A stretch of DNA of 7,288 bases, taken from positions 1 to 7,288 of IMG/VR virus record IMGVR_UViG_3300026522_000557; one strand, given 5' to 3'. A program made the position numbers and the translations under genes. Shown piece after piece: positions 6,643 through 7,288 of the stretch. This DNA is from a virus. Each line of letters begins with the position of its first letter. The stretch's first letter is position 1. The notes beneath the pieces are model-generated. The model ran no database searches, was not told the DNA's origin, and saw nothing but the letters and a program-made list of their open reading frames with translations.

Positions 6643-6831
6643 TTACTCCTTGATATCTTTAATATCTACTTCTTTATAATTTTCGGGTTTATCGAAACGC
6701 CCCATCTTCAACTGAGTAGAGTAGAGATGTTTCTCAATAACCTAATGATCTTCATTTAAAACATAGTGAGGCTCTGCAAAATCCAGAACTTTACCTGTTG
6801 ACGAATAAATAAATCTACCATCAATTCTCAT
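6643..6831 (-). CDS. 62-aa hypothetical head-tail module protein with one in-frame TAG
   Basis: ATG at 6831 lies 6 nt after AAGGAGG (6844..6838). Sequence: MRIDGRFIYSSTGKVLDFAEPHYVLNEDH*VIEKHLYSTQLKMGRFDKPENYKEVDIKDIKE, ending at TAA 6645..6643. TAG at 6744..6742. Tightly packed, 3 nt before the gp10-like start. Confidence 0.55.
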
Positions 6832-6842
6832 ATTAAACCTCC

Positions 6843-7288
6843 TTACTTAGTATAAACTACTGTCCAATACCCTATTCCAGTATAATTTATATAACGCCCA
6901 CTTCCTAAATATATTTTTGAATCTGCTGGTTCAACTAATATCCAACAAAAAGAATACTAATCTGGTATTATTTTATTATTCCCAAAGCCAGAAACCCAAG
7001 GAACAGAAAAAATTCTTCCCTCATTATAAGCCGTTACTATTTTTGCTTGTGTTACAGGTGAATTCATACCCTTATATGAACTTGGTAAAGCAATACCTTG
7101 ATCTTTTAAAGAAACTGGCTTACCAACGCTATCTTTGTATAAACCACAAGCAGCCCTGTCTCCAGACTGATACGTCCCTGTAGGGAAAAATACATCTTTT
7201 AAATTTTCAATAGAAAAATCTGAAGGAAGACTAACATAAGTCTGTTTGGTACAAAGATAATTCCAAGTTTCTAAAGTTCCCCCGCCAC
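6843..7288 (-). CDS. C-terminal 147 codons of a structural protein (5' end outside the window) with one in-frame TAG
   Basis: The frame is open from the right edge: GGGTLETWNYLCTKQTYVSLPSDF...GRIFSVPWVSGFGNNKIIPD*YSFCWILVEPADSKIYLGSGRYINYTGIGYWTVVYTK, ending at TAA 6845..6843. That stop is embedded in the next gene's SD. TAG at 6959..6957. Function not recognisable. Confidence 0.6.

Noticed and set aside
4917-6959. Reading the interrupted genes as pseudogenes of a decaying prophage
   Set aside because: All interruptions are TAG. There are no TAA or TGA nonsense codons and no frameshifts. SD sites and tight gene packing are preserved. Random decay in a genome of about 30% GC would not give this pattern. 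This cannot be fully excluded without homolog and read data.
6917-7183. 88-aa ORF on the + strand
   Set aside because: It is antisense to the right-edge structural gene, whose frame is open across the whole region apart from one TAG. K/L/Q-rich shadow-frame composition and no SD.
1-7288. TGA-to-Trp recoding (table 4)
   Set aside because: No in-frame TGA occurs in any gene model. Trp is encoded by TGG throughout: 13 times in the giant ORF, and also in the major tail protein, gp10-like and right-edge genes.

Overview
The window is one co-directional block of phage or prophage structural genes, all on the minus strand. It is AT-rich (about 30% GC) and has strong Firmicutes-type Shine-Dalgarno sites. 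Reading right to left, it looks like an HK97/GTA-style siphovirus head-tail-joining and tail module:
- the C-terminal part of a structural protein
- a 62-aa protein
- an HK97-gp10-like protein
- a small Gly-rich hydrophobic ORF
- a tail-terminator-like protein
- a TP901-1-family major tail protein
- an intrinsic terminator
- a tail-assembly-chaperone-like protein
- a 68-aa protein
- a giant ORF (at least 1479 aa) that runs off the left edge

The supplied standard-code ORF track misses most of this for two reasons. First, the giant ORF (1..4439) is fully open but has no stop inside the window. Second, six of the upstream genes are each interrupted only by in-frame TAG codons. Seven TAGs are clearly internal and an eighth is ambiguous. 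There are no in-frame TAA or TGA codons and no frameshifts, the SD sites are intact, and every clear terminator is TAA. This points to amber recoding or suppression rather than decay.

Other oddities:
- TAG is completely absent from the giant ORF, the major tail gene and the 68-aa gene.
- No tape-measure gene lies between the chaperone-like gene and the Dit-like gene.
- The Dit-like protein carries about 11 degenerate adhesin-like repeats plus two lectin-like domains.

All family names are by-eye motif recognition. No searches were run.
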